A DNA stretch of 64,000 nt from Octopus sinensis (lineage: Eukaryota). The notes below the pieces were generated by a model that ran no database searches, was not told the DNA's origin, and worked only from the letters and a program-made list of their open reading frames with translations. The stretch is from contig NC_043002.1 of the NCBI RefSeq assembly GCF_006345805.1, positions 61,938,001-62,002,000 on the forward strand. The letters run 5' to 3'. Made by a program: the position numbers and the translations under genes. Shown piece by piece: positions 27,160 to 40,246 of the stretch; positions within the stretch are counted from its first letter, which is position 1; every line of letters begins with the position of its first letter.

Positions 27160-27579
27160 TAATAATAATAATAATAATAATGATAACAGGACATAACAAC
27201 AGGTGATTTTCGACTGGAGACGAATTGAATTCCGGTGGCGTACGTGGAAATGAAACCTTACGTCAGAGATACAAGACTTTCAGAAACATAGGAAGGAATA
27301 TCGACGTAGCAGTGACCACAGTCAGACGCAAAAAGAGGGCTAGCAGTATCGGTCACGTGAGAAGAGAAGAGAGAGAAAAAGAGGAACAATGAATTAAGGA
27401 AGAGGAAGAGAAGAGAGAGAGCGCCGCAGAAGAAGATGGACAGAAGAAACAAGGAGGGTCGAGAAAAAAACGCAGGGACGCAATATGAAGTGAAAAGTGA
27501 GTAATAAAGGCAAAGAAATGTGAGAGGGGGAAAGAAAGAACGAAGTCACTCTTCAACGCTTTCTCTCTATAGATATAGA

Positions 27580-27936
27580 CAGACGTACAGTGAGAGAGGT
27601 GGTGGAAGAAAGGTTGACAGAGAGACGGCGAAGCTGTCAAACGTCGTCATAGAGAGAACGTGGAGGGAAGAGAGGAACGAGAGAGAGACGGAGGAAAAGT
27701 GGGTGATATCCGAAAGAGAGAAACGACAAACACTTATCAAAGTATGGGTTTTGTTTCCCTAGTAACGACAGCTTTTGAGATAGAGATTTCTAACCTAGTC
27801 CACTAATTTCCTCGTCTCTTTTTACATGTCCCTGTAAATTTCGAAGCCAGTCCGATCCCATCTAGTGCCCCTTAACCCGTTCCAATCGCAAAATCAGACA
27901 AACAAACTTTTCGCATTTCAGCTTTATAGATAGAGA
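27580..27936 (-). mobile_element. Non-autonomous Helitron-like element (5' part)
   Basis: Minus-strand start A/TCTCTATCTATAAAGCTGAAATGCGAAAAGTTTGTTTG resembles the 5' TC ends of short invertebrate Helitrons. Part of the body recurs at ~29710-29795. Confidence 0.55.
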
Positions 27937-27939
27937 TGA

Positions 27940-28418
27940 CTAGCTTAAGGTGACCCGCTCTACGCGCAGGTGAGGGTGTGTTTGTTACTTTCTGTTGCTT
28001 CCTTTCTGTTTCTTCTCGCCACATTCTCCCTCTTTGTTTCTCTCTCATTTCTCACTTTCCCACTCTCTTAATCTTCCTTTCTCTCGGACTCTCCCTCGCT
28101 TTCTCTTATTCTTTATCTTTCTCCATCTAACTCTCTGTTATTTATAAAAGAAATTAGATTTCCGTGTTTAAATTACAAATCTGCTTCCACTTTACCATGT
28201 TGAAAATTTGATTGAAATCGGGCAAAAAGCAATAAAATCCCAGTTTTCACACCAAAGCAACCATTGTAGCGCCCCAAAACGTCTCCCAATCAATTTCTCA
28301 CCTCAAGTTACTCCCTCCTGTAAGTTATAATCCCCTTCCAGCCTCATTTAGACCCCTTTTTACATAAAATTCCAATTTGTATCAACGTTCGCCTTCTTCA
28401 TTTTATAGATCAGACAGA
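27940..28418 (-). mobile_element. Non-autonomous Helitron-like element with both ends
   Basis: 5' A/TCTGTCTGATCTATAAAATG at 28418. Imperfect GC hairpin (CCCGCTC-TAC-GCGCAGG) followed by CTAG/T at 27943-27940. No TSD. Confidence 0.6.
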
Positions 28419-28679
28419 TATACCGGGCCTTGCTCCGGATTAAAATAGTTTATTATTGTTTTACTTGTTTCGGTATTATAACCCGATTTCATCCGGGTCT
28501 ACGCGGGCCACATTTTAAAACATGAGGAATTTTGCCCTCGAGGCGATGCCTTTCAATTGAGCAAACTTAAAGTTGCCATGCAAACTCGCTAGTGCTTTTA
28601 ACTTAGGTGTGCATATTTTCAGCTGAATCCGATCACATATGCAGACATTCTATATATATGTATATATATATATATACAA

Positions 28680-29164
28680 ATATGAGAGAGAATCCACTAT
28701 GTGGACGCTCTAACGCTAAAAATAGATCCGCAATGGTCTCAACCAATAAGAATTGTTCTCAAGAAAAATTTAGCACAACTATGAACGTAAGCGAGCAGGA
28801 CAAATGAAAAATAACAAAAAAAATTAACCCCAGCCAATTGTTTCACTGCTAATAAATTATGCAATTTTACTTACACAATAAATCCGCAGATCATCAGTGA
28901 GATTCGTCATGAAATATAATTTGTCGAACTGCACGCCAGATATTAACATGAAGTCAAAAACACAAGTAGTTCGGCCTATTATATTCGCAGTTATGTTCAA
29001 ATGCCCTCGTTCGACCATTGCGGGTCTATTTTTAGCGTTAGAGCGTCCACATAGTGGATTCTCTGTCATATTTACTGAAAGTCAGTTTTTTATGCGCTAA
29101 ACCACTTGGTGTTAAATTGATGTTATTAAATTGACATCCAATTTTTTCACCCTTAATTTGATTT

Positions 29165-29165
<1 letters not shown>
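28680..29165. mobile_element. (TA)n-flanked element with long internal inverted arms
   Basis: GAGAATCCACTATGTGGACGCTCTAACGCTAAAAATAGATCCGCAATGGTC (~28687-28738) recurs inverted at ~29005-29066. Same architecture as 50830-51560. Confidence 0.75.
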
Positions 29166-29211
<46 letters not shown>

Positions 29212-29269
29212 ATGTATATGTATGTATGTATACGTTCGTATATGTAAGTATTCATAAGTTTTTATATAT

Positions 29270-29350
29270 ATAGCAAAAACTGTCCGACGCACGGGAACGT
29301 GAAAATCAGAGTAGCAGGTTTTGTTGAATTTTTTGCTGCTTTTAAATAAA
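29270..29350 (+). mobile_element. Short PLE-terminus element with CCGACG-type hammerhead-like motif
   Basis: CTGT-CCGACGC-ACGGGAACGT-GAAAA-TCAGAGTA-GCAGG. Homologous to the 55209-55330 palindrome and flanked by (TA)n. Confidence 0.6.
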
Positions 29351-29396
<46 letters not shown>

Positions 29397-29799
29397 GTAT
29401 TTATGTTACTTTCTGCGTATATTCCACTGAAGAGGCAAAGCATTTCTTAACGCAAATCCACAAATCCGGGATCTGGAATTATCCAGTAATATTTTGCTAG
29501 TTTATTTTGTCTTTTTGTCTTCTATCCTTGTGCTGTATGAACATTTAAATTGGTTTTAGAGTCAGATTTTGGCTGCTATTTTCAGCATGTCGGTATCTTG
29601 TAGATACCCTAATTTATAATAGATACACACATATATATAAAATACACACACATGCACACTCACACACAAACACACACACACGCACACTCGCATATATATA
29701 TGTGTGTATGTCAAACGACGTTATAGAGATAAATTTGGAGGGAACGGAGGAAAGAGAGAGATCGAAGAAGTGAGGGTGATATCCGAAAGATATCCTCTG

Positions 29800-30465
29800 T
29801 GTTTAGCCCCTTGTGGGTAGTAAATAAATAGGTATTTCGTCTGCCGCTGCGTTCTGAGTTCAAACTCCGTCGAGGTCGACTTTGTCTTTCATCCTTTCGG
29901 GTTCGATTAAATAAATACCAGTTACGCACTGGGGTTCATATAATCGACTTAATCCGTTTGTAAGTTCTTGTTTGTCCTCTCTATGTTTAGCCCTTAGTGG
30001 GAAATAAACACAGATACGAACAAGGACAGACAAACATATATATACATGTATGTACGTATTTATGTATGAATGTATGTATGTATGTATGTATGTATGTATG
30101 TATGTATGTATGTATGTATGTATGCATGTATGTATGTATGTATGTATGTATGTATGTATGTTTGTATGAATGTGTTCCAAGTGTGTGTATGTGCGCGCGC
30201 ATCTCATAATAAGCAATCATTGCTTTCGGTATTGTATAATTTTTTTTTTATTGCCCACAAGGGGCTAAACATAGAGAGGACAAACAAGGACAGACAAAGG
30301 GATTAAGTCGATTACATCGACCCCATTGCGTAACATGGTACTTAATTTATCGACCCCGAAAGGATGAAAGGCAAAGTCGACCTCGGCGGATTTTGACCTC
30401 AGAACGTAACGGCAGACGAAATAGCGCTAAGCATTTCGCCCGGCGCGCTAACGTTTCTGCCAGCT
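29800..30465. mobile_element. Family A SINEs (+ ~29800-30010; - ~30250-30465)
   Basis: Family cores on opposite strands separated by (TATG)n. Confidence 0.85.
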
Positions 30466-31448
30466 TAAAAGACAACTTGAATTGTGCGAACGCTACATCG
30501 CTGTTTTGAATGACATTATTTTCCAGCATTAAGTTTTCATCAGCCATCTTGCTTTGATATGGCCTTTTGACAGGATAAATTTTGAATATATTTCATTAAA
30601 ATAATTGAGAATTCCATGCGAGAGATTGACAGCTCTATCTATTGATTAGAAACCCCATGGAGGTGAATGCCAAAGCATTTACAAAAGTTTGTTTGTTTAT
30701 ATGTAATTGATCATTTATGGATGTAAATTTATGCACGGCATCTTCATAAGTAATTGATATTTTAACAATACAAAGCAAATGTCAAATATCATCTCTATAG
30801 CAAAACAAATTATATGTTTGAAATGTCCACCCCCATACGAAGAATATATCCGTCATTTTTCTGATTATTCTTACAAATTTTGACACTGAAAAAATATATT
30901 TAGCATGAATACAAAGAGTTAAGATTATTATATTACAAAATATTTCCCGCTGAAATACAGAATAATCTAGTACAGAATAATAGATTATTGCTAATCGCTA
31001 CGAAACAGGCACAAAATCAAAAGCTTTTTTCCGGTTCAACGAAGTCGTCGACGAATACAGTGGAGCGGTTTCAACATAAATATGACGAACATGGAGAAAC
31101 AATATTATAAAATCTGAAATGTACATTAGCCAAACTGTTCTCGGGTTTACCCAATGCTATCATAAAAAAGAATACTTGAGCTACAATTGAAAGTTCCTTA
31201 TCCGTCCCAGCAGGGGAAAAAATTCTCATCTAAACGAATTTTGTTAATTATCGATGTAAAGGAAGCCGAAAGAAAGATAACGAATATAATACAAACTTCA
31301 ACAAAGATTTTGAAATGATATGAAGAAATGTATGACAAAACCCAAGAGCATGTACATGCATACATACATACATACACACATACATGCCTGTGTGTATATA
31401 TATATATGAGTGGATATATATTTATGTATCTATCGCTCTCTCTTTCTA

Positions 31449-31500
<52 letters not shown>

Positions 31501-31508
31501 TACATACA

Positions 31509-31545
<37 letters not shown>

Positions 31546-31714
31546 ATTTATATATATATATGTATATATATATATAACCCTCTAACGGAATAACCTTCCG
31601 ATCAGGGTTAATGTTGAGCTACACACCCAGCCAGTGCGTTGACGTCATTCGAAAGTTAAGCTATGCGATATATGGTATATATGTATGCATACACATACAC
31701 ACACACACACATGC

Positions 31715-31745
<31 letters not shown>

Positions 31746-31752
<7 letters not shown>

Positions 31753-32083
31753 TTAAGGGTAGAAATTGATATTTATCAATTAAGACCAGTGGTCTAGCAT
31801 ATTAAAAAAGAATCCGAGGATTAAAATATTTATATATACCAATTAAGGACTGAACACGAAAAGTGGACAGTCAACATGCTAGATATAGACGTCAAATCGC
31901 CATTCACCACAAAAGATTATGTTCTCAGATCAAACTCAGCACAAAAATATTTATATATACCAATTAAGGACTGAACACGATAAGTGGACAGTCAACATGC
32001 TAGATATAGACGTCAAATCGCCATTCACCACAAAAGATTACGTTCTCAGATCAAACTCAGCACAAAAGTTTTGTGCTTAATTG

Positions 32084-32095
<12 letters not shown>
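31746..32095. repeat. (TA)n-flanked repeat with a 121-bp tandem duplication and short inverted end
   Basis: TATATACCAATTAAGGACTGAACACGA at ~31832 and ~31953. CTTAATTGGTATATA at ~32075 is the inverse of the unit start. Confidence 0.75.
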
Positions 32096-32130
<35 letters not shown>

Positions 32131-32564
32131 GCATGTAGTCGATGTGTCTCTATTACACAGAGCTTTCTTATTTTCATAAATGTAAATATACGTGTGTCGT
32201 GCATATATCCATGATATATGCATTACGTATTAAGGTACGTTGAATGTGGGAAGTGTAAACATGTTGATAGAAATATAACTTGAAAAAGAAAAATAAAACG
32301 AAGAGAAGCGAAATCAGATGCAGTATATTCTTCAATGTGAATAGTCAGCCTGCCAATCATCTCCATATAATAATAACGAAAAATTTAAACGTTGGATGAT
32401 TGTATGATTCCTTTCACCAGCCAGAGGGGGGGGGGCTAGTTGAAGTGAGACTGATCGATATAAAAGTTATGAGTCACAGGATGAAAGCACATACTAGGCT
32501 TGATGCCCGGTGGTGAGCACATAGTGTACTATTTTAACTTTGGAATTGGCATCATCTATCTTAC

Positions 32565-32637
32565 CTCGCCAGAAATTACTATCAAACCCATCTTTCTCTT
32601 AACGGGTTTACCTAGTGAATACTTGTTTTCATTGGAT
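32565..32637 (-). CDS. Candidate exon (SNENKYSLGKPVKRKMGLIVISGE), phase 2 to 0
   Basis: GAG/GTAAGA donor, TAG acceptor, open only in the frame that joins 34712-34785. Confidence 0.45.
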
Positions 32638-33016
32638 CTAATTTTATTCATCCTCCCTTTCTAGACACTATTAACCACAGTAATTATCATCGATGGGGAT
32701 TATTATTCCATTGTTGCTTATGTTTAGCCTATCTCTCTCCGCTGACAGGGTACTCAGCGTATGAAATTTTTCCTCGACACCTTTTTCCAATAGTAGGCAT
32801 AATCTAGAAACAGCTGTCGGAGACCGCATAAACGTTTACTCATATAGCTAAATTATATTTTCTTGCCAATATTCACCACAGTGTTTGCCTTTTCTGTTCT
32901 GCTCTAATCTATACATACACACATACACATATGTATGTATGCATATGTATATATTTATATATATATCAATACACAGAGACAGACAAACACATATAAACAC
33001 ACACACACACACACAC

Positions 33017-33056
<40 letters not shown>

Positions 33057-33756
33057 TCACACATTCAACGCACCTTAATACGTTGTGCCTATCTCTCTCT
33101 TTCTCTCTCTCCATATATATATATATATATATATTTATTTATATATATGTACATATACAGTGAGAGGAAGAGAGAGAAGGAGTGAATATGAGAGAGGGTG
33201 TGTCTGTATATAAAAGTGTAAGTGTGTGTTGAATTCCATAACATAAAATCGAAAACAAAATTAATTTTTCTTTAACTTTATTATTTTTTTTTAAAGTATT
33301 TGAATATAGATTTATTTCGTTTCATTTTCTGATTATAAATATTTATCTTTTCAAAATTAGTATTCGTGTCTTCATCTTGTATAAGGGCAAGAAATTCGAT
33401 AAAAGTTGAATCGTAATTTCTGAAAAATGTATGCCATATTTTCTGATAATACCCGTGATTGTAAAAATATACATCTCAATTTAGGTTTTATTAACCAATT
33501 TCGTAAACGAGTACAGTGTCGTAGCCAACGACGTCATTTATGAGAGTGATGCTGTTTATAAAGGAGAGGATCAATTAAGTGAGGTGAGGATAGTGTTAAG
33601 GAGGGGAATCAATGATGTTAATGAGAGCGTGGGGGTGGGTGGCCTATCGTGCGAACAACATCCTACTGCTAGATACTTTGCATTGAAAGAAACGAGGGTG
33701 ACGGAGATGCCTTTATAATTTAGCACGCTACAAATACACACACGTATATGTATATG

Positions 33757-33808
<52 letters not shown>

Positions 33809-33889
33809 TATTGCACTATATAAGTGATGACTTTATTGCTTAAGCATTCTATTTTTATGTCTATATGTATGCATGTATGTATATATATA

Positions 33890-33956
<67 letters not shown>

Positions 33957-34032
33957 ATATATATATATATATATTTATATACATCTATCTATCTACACAT
34001 ATGTATAAACACACTTATATATATATGTATAT

Positions 34033-34066
<34 letters not shown>

Positions 34067-34359
34067 CACACAGAGGGAAAGAGAGAGAGAGAGGGGGAGA
34101 ATCACTCACACATAAAAACATTCAATAAGTTAGTAAAAATAAATTTATGATTTATTAGTCTACTCTAAGGAATAGATGTGAAATGTGAAACTCACGTATT
34201 TAATTCTAAGAGGAAAACATTCATGATTTATTTCACAATTATACAGGAAACTCTTTATCAAATTACATTTCCTTAACTTTATTGGTTATTGCGTATATTG
34301 ATCTTTTACTAAATACACGCTGAATGTGTATATATATATACATACACACACATACACAC

Positions 34360-34392
<33 letters not shown>

Positions 34393-34711
34393 CTTGTATG
34401 TATGTATGTATGTATGTATGTATATATATATACATGTGATATTTGCACATAATATAAATATGTGTGTATTTATATGTACACAAATACACCTACATACGTA
34501 TTTAAGTGTGCGTATGTAATTATGTATAATAATAATAATATAATAATAATAATAATAATAAAAATATGTGTGTCTGTGTATGTGTGTTTAAAACATTTAT
34601 TTATTTACATTTTTATGCATACTTTAAGTTTTCCACTTACTGAAATTAAAAGCGTAACCATTTTACTAGTTTCGTAATATTCTTTGCTTCCGAATCCTTA
34701 TCTTTCCTTAC

Positions 34712-34785
34712 ATAATTTTACAAAGCAGTAGGCTACAGAATTTAGTGTACCAATGACCATGGACTTTTATATGAATTTCTAGACG
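34712..34785 (-). CDS. Candidate exon (RLEIHIKVHGHWYTKFCSLLLCKI), phase 0 to 2
   Basis: Strong TTGCATTTTCTCTACAG acceptor, GTAAGG donor, 74 nt open in one frame. Confidence 0.5.
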
Positions 34786-34929
34786 CTGTAGAGAAAATGC
34801 AATTTACATTGAAGCAGACACTAATTTTTCACATTCTCTCTAATTTTGAAATCACAATTCAATCTTGAATAGCTGATACTCAATCATAAATGTCCGATGG
34901 GCAGTAAATTCTTGATAATGTTATCGCCG

Positions 34930-35935
34930 CTTGCCCGGTTTCCATGCCGCGTAAGTGATCGAGATCATAACACGCACCTTGAGTGAGACGCCAATCCAAC
35001 GCTGGGTTATTCATTCGCAGCTTAGTGGATAGGTGCAACGTGTAATGGAGTGATTCTTCTTCTCAAATACACAACTCACTGACGCGTTCGTAAATGGAGA
35101 CCTCGCTCTTTCGATCGCGATTGCAAGAACTTAACCACCAGGCCTCGGGCATTCATGACCTTCAAGAATTCATAATATTCCCTTCTTGTCTCTCACGACT
35201 GTTTGAAAACTGGTGCATTTGTGTTTTATAGAAGGTTGATGTAATAGATTCCGCCAGTGACATTTTTCATGCAATGTTTGATAATACAAAGGCGGCGAGC
35301 TGGCATAAACGTTAGCACGTCGGGAGGAATGCTTAGCGGTATTTTGTCTGTCTTTACGTTGAGTTCAAATTCCGCCGAGGTCGACTTTGCCTTTCCTCCT
35401 TTCGGTCGATTAAATAAGTACCAGTTACGCACTGGGGTCGTTGTAATCGACTTAATCCGTTTGTCTGCCCTTGTTTGTCCTCTGTGTGTTTAGTCCCTTG
35501 TGGGTAGTAAAGAAATAGAAATAGGTATTTCGTCTGTCTTTACATTCTGAGATCAAATTTCGCCAAGGTCGAATTTACTTTTCATCCTTTGGGGTTCTAT
35601 AAATTAAGTACCCGTTGTGTAATGTTATCGATATAATTGAAAGGCCCCATCCCTTAAATTTCCAGCCTTGTGCTTGGAGTAGAAAAGAATGTTTGATAGT
35701 AATCTCTGAAGACACCAAGTGGTTAAGGTAACCGGTTCAGGGTCGTAACTTTCTGAGTTCGATTCAGGTGGCACGTTCCGTCCTTGAGTATTCGCGTTAC
35801 TACAGTCCATTTAGCGGGTAAAATTTAGCTCCACCTATACTTCAAAGTATTGTAATTTGATTTCACGAGCAGGTCGTTCCGTTGATCGGATCAGTTAAAA
35901 CCGTCGTCTTCGTCGTATCCAGCTGAGTACGAGTT
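34930..35935. mobile_element. SINE cluster: diverged minus-strand SINE (~34930-35160), family A dimer (+ ~35290-35680), diverged plus-strand SINE (~35710-35935)
   Basis: tRNA-like heads and family cores. The tail GTTCCGTTGATCGGATCA is shared with ~25495. Confidence 0.7.
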
Positions 35936-36529
35936 AATAATGTACAACAGATATAGAAAGGAAAATATATAAATACATAATAATTCATATATTTTTTACT
36001 TACATTTTTTATTTAGAACAATATATGGCGCATAGGAAGGCCGTGCTTTGATAACATGCCAAGTTGAGGATATATAAAACGTTATTTTTGTTGCAATAAT
36101 AGGTGCGTAGCAGCTCCACTTTGACTCATCTAATTATCATAGGAACTAATTTGTAGGTTTTACAACCAAGACCTAAACGTAATTCGAATTTCACAGCGAT
36201 ACAACATTCAATATTTGAAAAGGGAATGTACATATAACTTTTTGGTATTATTCTGGATTGTTGCAGGGAAATACCGATTATGATATTCCGTTGGTATGCA
36301 AGGGGAAAAAAGGGGATGAAGAGATGAAAATTTTGAGGAGGGAAATGATAATGGGACTTAGTGAAGCGGTATAATTGCATTAGCATGATCCTAATGCTGT
36401 CTAATATTTTGATTAAGGTCACAAAAAGCTTGTGATCATAACCATTACATCTACAGTGTAGTTTATTTTAGTAAGGCTTAATACACAGAACCATCACACA
36501 ACATACACGCAGATTCAGACACACACATA

Positions 36530-36564
<35 letters not shown>

Positions 36565-38002
36565 TGCTCACACACGCACATTGCTCACACCTTAATGTTG
36601 CAGTGGCCGTAAACTTGAGCCATGAGGCAAGGTACGTTTTAATTTAAATCTCTCTTTCGCTCATACATTTTACTCTTACTCATTTTCTCTTCATATATGT
36701 ATATCAAAAGTATGTTTTATGATACTATTCTACATACACAAACACAGCCATAAAAACAATCCAACATACCTCCATCATCAGTTGCCTCACGTATATCATT
36801 ATGGTTTCGACTCCTGGGTAGTACTATTTAATCCGGTGGTCTCAACAGCACTAAAATAAATGTTTTGGGGAAGAAATATACCAAAGAAACGACAACTGCA
36901 AAGACATTTACCATATGTACAACAGCATCGATAAGTCATATACATATATATATATTATATATATATATAATATATATATATATATAGTGAAGGCGCGTAG
37001 CTGATATAGTTGAATCAAAATTCAAAACGGATTTCTAAATAAGAGTTTTGGTACAATGAATATATGCACAAGAATAGCTGGACAACATAAAATGTGGTCT
37101 TTACTCCTTATTTTGCAAAGACAGGGCGATAGGTTCAATGTACGCACCATTGTGTAGCGTATATTCGTGGGGTTGCATAAAATGAAAAATTTATAAAATA
37201 AGACAATAGCTGTAGATACACTACCTTGCCAAGACACACGCACACACACACAATCCCACAACCAATTGCAACGATTTTGAATTGTGGAGCCCGGCCTGAA
37301 TTCTATTTGATTTTGTACTTAGCAAGTAGAATGATGTTCTACTCAACCTATGTATCTATTTAAGAGGAAGGAACAAGAAGGAAATTTTATATGCACATAT
37401 ACAAACATACACACACGTTTTAAATATATACGTATATGTAAGCACATATAACATAGATAGATAGACACATACTGAGAGAGAGGGAGAGATTCCAGATAAT
37501 ATGTATATGTATGTGTATATGTGTCTGGTGCATGTGTGTGCGTGGAGTAGATTTATAAAATGTATGCAAATTATATCCCCAGCTGCACTAAATTTTGACA
37601 GTAGCATTATTTGCAGAAAATTGAGTAAAATACCTAAAACGTGATGGATTTCAAACATTAACCCGACTATACTACGACTGCTTCATAACATTAATTCATG
37701 TCTCGTAGATGTATGTGTTGTTCTTTCATGGTGTGCGTGTATTTCCGCGCCTATATGCTTGTAAGTGTGAGTGTCCACGTGTTTGTGTGTGTGTGTGAAG
37801 GTATTATATATTTTTATTTATTGTAATATTTATTATCGCCATTTATTCACTTATATATATTCATCAACGAAAATGACTTATTTTATATACACACTCATAA
37901 TCAGTACGTAAAAACTCAACACGCATGTCTCTCTCTCTCTCTACACACACACATATATATGTATATATATATATACGTGTATATATATATATATATATAT
38001 AT

Positions 38003-40246
38003 AAGGTGGTAAAAAATATTGAATTCCATAAATACCCAAATAGAAATAATGAATATTTAAGGAATTTAGCAATTAAAATTAAAGATATGAGAAATATGGA
38101 TGGTATTATAGTACAATCTGATAAAACAAGGAACTTATATAAATTAGATGTTAAATTATATGATAAACTATTAGGGAAAGAAATAATTAAAAAATATAAA
38201 ATTGTTCCAGATGATATTCTTTATAATATTAATAAGGCCTCTAAAGTAGTAATGTTAAAATATGAGTTGGATAATAAAACTGAACCTTATGTACCTTTGC
38301 ACCCCAGAATTACTCTTAAAGACCATAAAGATAATTTTTATTCAGACCCTAAAGTTAGATTAATTTGCCCATGTAAATCGGATCTAGGTAAATAAGTAAA
38401 TTTATTTTAGATAAATATATTGATAAGTTAAATAAACTTAATTATTTAAAATTATGGTTTAGTAATAATAATACATTGAAATGGTTTAATAATATTAAAG
38501 ATAAAAATCGTTATAAATTTATTCAAATAGATATAGATAATTATTATTCTTCTATTAATGAAATTGTGTTAATAAAGCGCTTATTTTCGCAATGAATAAA
38601 GCGGGTATGTCACGGGAAGAAGTTAATGTAATAAAATGGCTAGGAAATTGCTAATTAAATATAAAAATAAATTATGGGCTAGGAATGATACTAGAGATTG
38701 TTTTGATATACTATGGGAGCACCAGATTCTGCACAGGCTACTGATTTAGTAGGTATTTTTCTTTTATCTGAACTCCAATTAGAAAATCTTAAGATAGAGG
38801 GTGGTTTATATAGAGACGATCTTCTACTAGTTACAAAGAATTGTACTAATAGGAATCTAGAAGTATATAAGAAAAAACTATATAGTTTCTTTAAAAGATA
38901 TGGTTTAAGTATTACTATATATAAGGAGAATTATAATGTTAATTATTTAGATGTTAATTTTAATCTTATTACAGGTAAAAACAACCATATCATAAACTTA
39001 ATGAGAACCTTAGATATATAAATGTTAATAGTAATCACCCATTTTCTATTAAAAAATCGTTGATTAATAATATAAGTAAACGTATTTCATTACTCTCTTA
39101 TGATATAGAGATTTTTAATAAACATGCTAATTATTATAATGAGGCCCTTAGAGGGGCAGGTTATAATAGGAATATTAAATTTTATAATATTAGTGATAAA
39201 GATTTAATTGTTAATTTTCGAGATACTTCTAATAATAATTATAATTTTGTTAGGTTTAGTGGTAAAAATAATAGATATTATAATAAAAATAATAAAATGA
39301 TAAAAATATAAATAAGAATAATAATAATAATAATAAATATAATAATAATAATATAAATAAGAATAATATAAATAAAATAAATTTAATAATTATTATAATA
39401 ATTATATTGATAAATTTAATAATATTAATAATTCCTTAAATGCTGTACATAGATATAATTCTGATAATAATTTTAATAAAATAAAGAATTATAAATATAT
39501 TTATAATAATGATAATAATAATAAGGTTAATAAGAATAAAATTTGGTTAATAGTTCCTTATGGAGATCAAGTAAAAACGAATATTATTAAAGAGATTTTA
39601 GATGTTATAGAACTATTTATTAGAGATAATCGTAAATATAGAAACATTTTCTCTTTTAATAATTTTGGAGTTGGTTACTCTACCACTAATAATGTTGGTA
39701 ACATTATTTCTTCATTTAATAAATATAAACTGAATAATTTTTATAAAAAGAAATTATTTGATAATAATATTAATAATGATAAGACTTATATTAATTGTAC
39801 ATGTAGAGATAAATCTAATTGTATATTAAATAATAATTGTGATATTAACGATGTAGTGTATAAATGTATAGTTACATTACATGATAATAACTTTAAGAAT
39901 AATAATTACAAAAAGCGGTTTATATAGGTTCTACTTCCTCAAAAATAAAACTAAGAATCGCACAACATATGAATTCTTTTAAAAATAAAAACTTAATCAA
40001 CTCAACCGGACTTAGTAAGTACATTTGGAGTCTTAAATCACTAAATATTAATTATAGTTTAATTTGGAAATAATTTGTAAAACTAAATCATATACTATAG
40101 GAGCTAATTGTTGTTATTTATGCTCTAATGAGTTTAAAGAAATTTTATTTTATAAGTATGATAATTTACTTAATACTGGTGAGGAGCGCAAAATAAAATG
40201 CAGACATAAGTTACTTTACCTATATAATAAGTTTCATGATAAATAG
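38003..40246 (+). pseudogene. Penelope RT + GIY-YIG endonuclease ORF broken by frameshifts
   Basis: Motifs SDKTRNLY, TLKDHK, VRLICPCKS, IQIDIDNYYSSI, MGAPDS, GGLYRDDLL, VNYLDVNFNL, YINVNSNHP, then CTCRDKSNC..VVYKC..YIGST..LSKYIWSLK..CYLCSNE..CRHK*. Confidence 0.95.

Noticed and set aside
36769-36849. Strong minus-strand splice sites around an 81-nt segment
   Set aside because: All three frames contain stops, so it cannot be placed in the chain without assuming an error or a weak internal acceptor.
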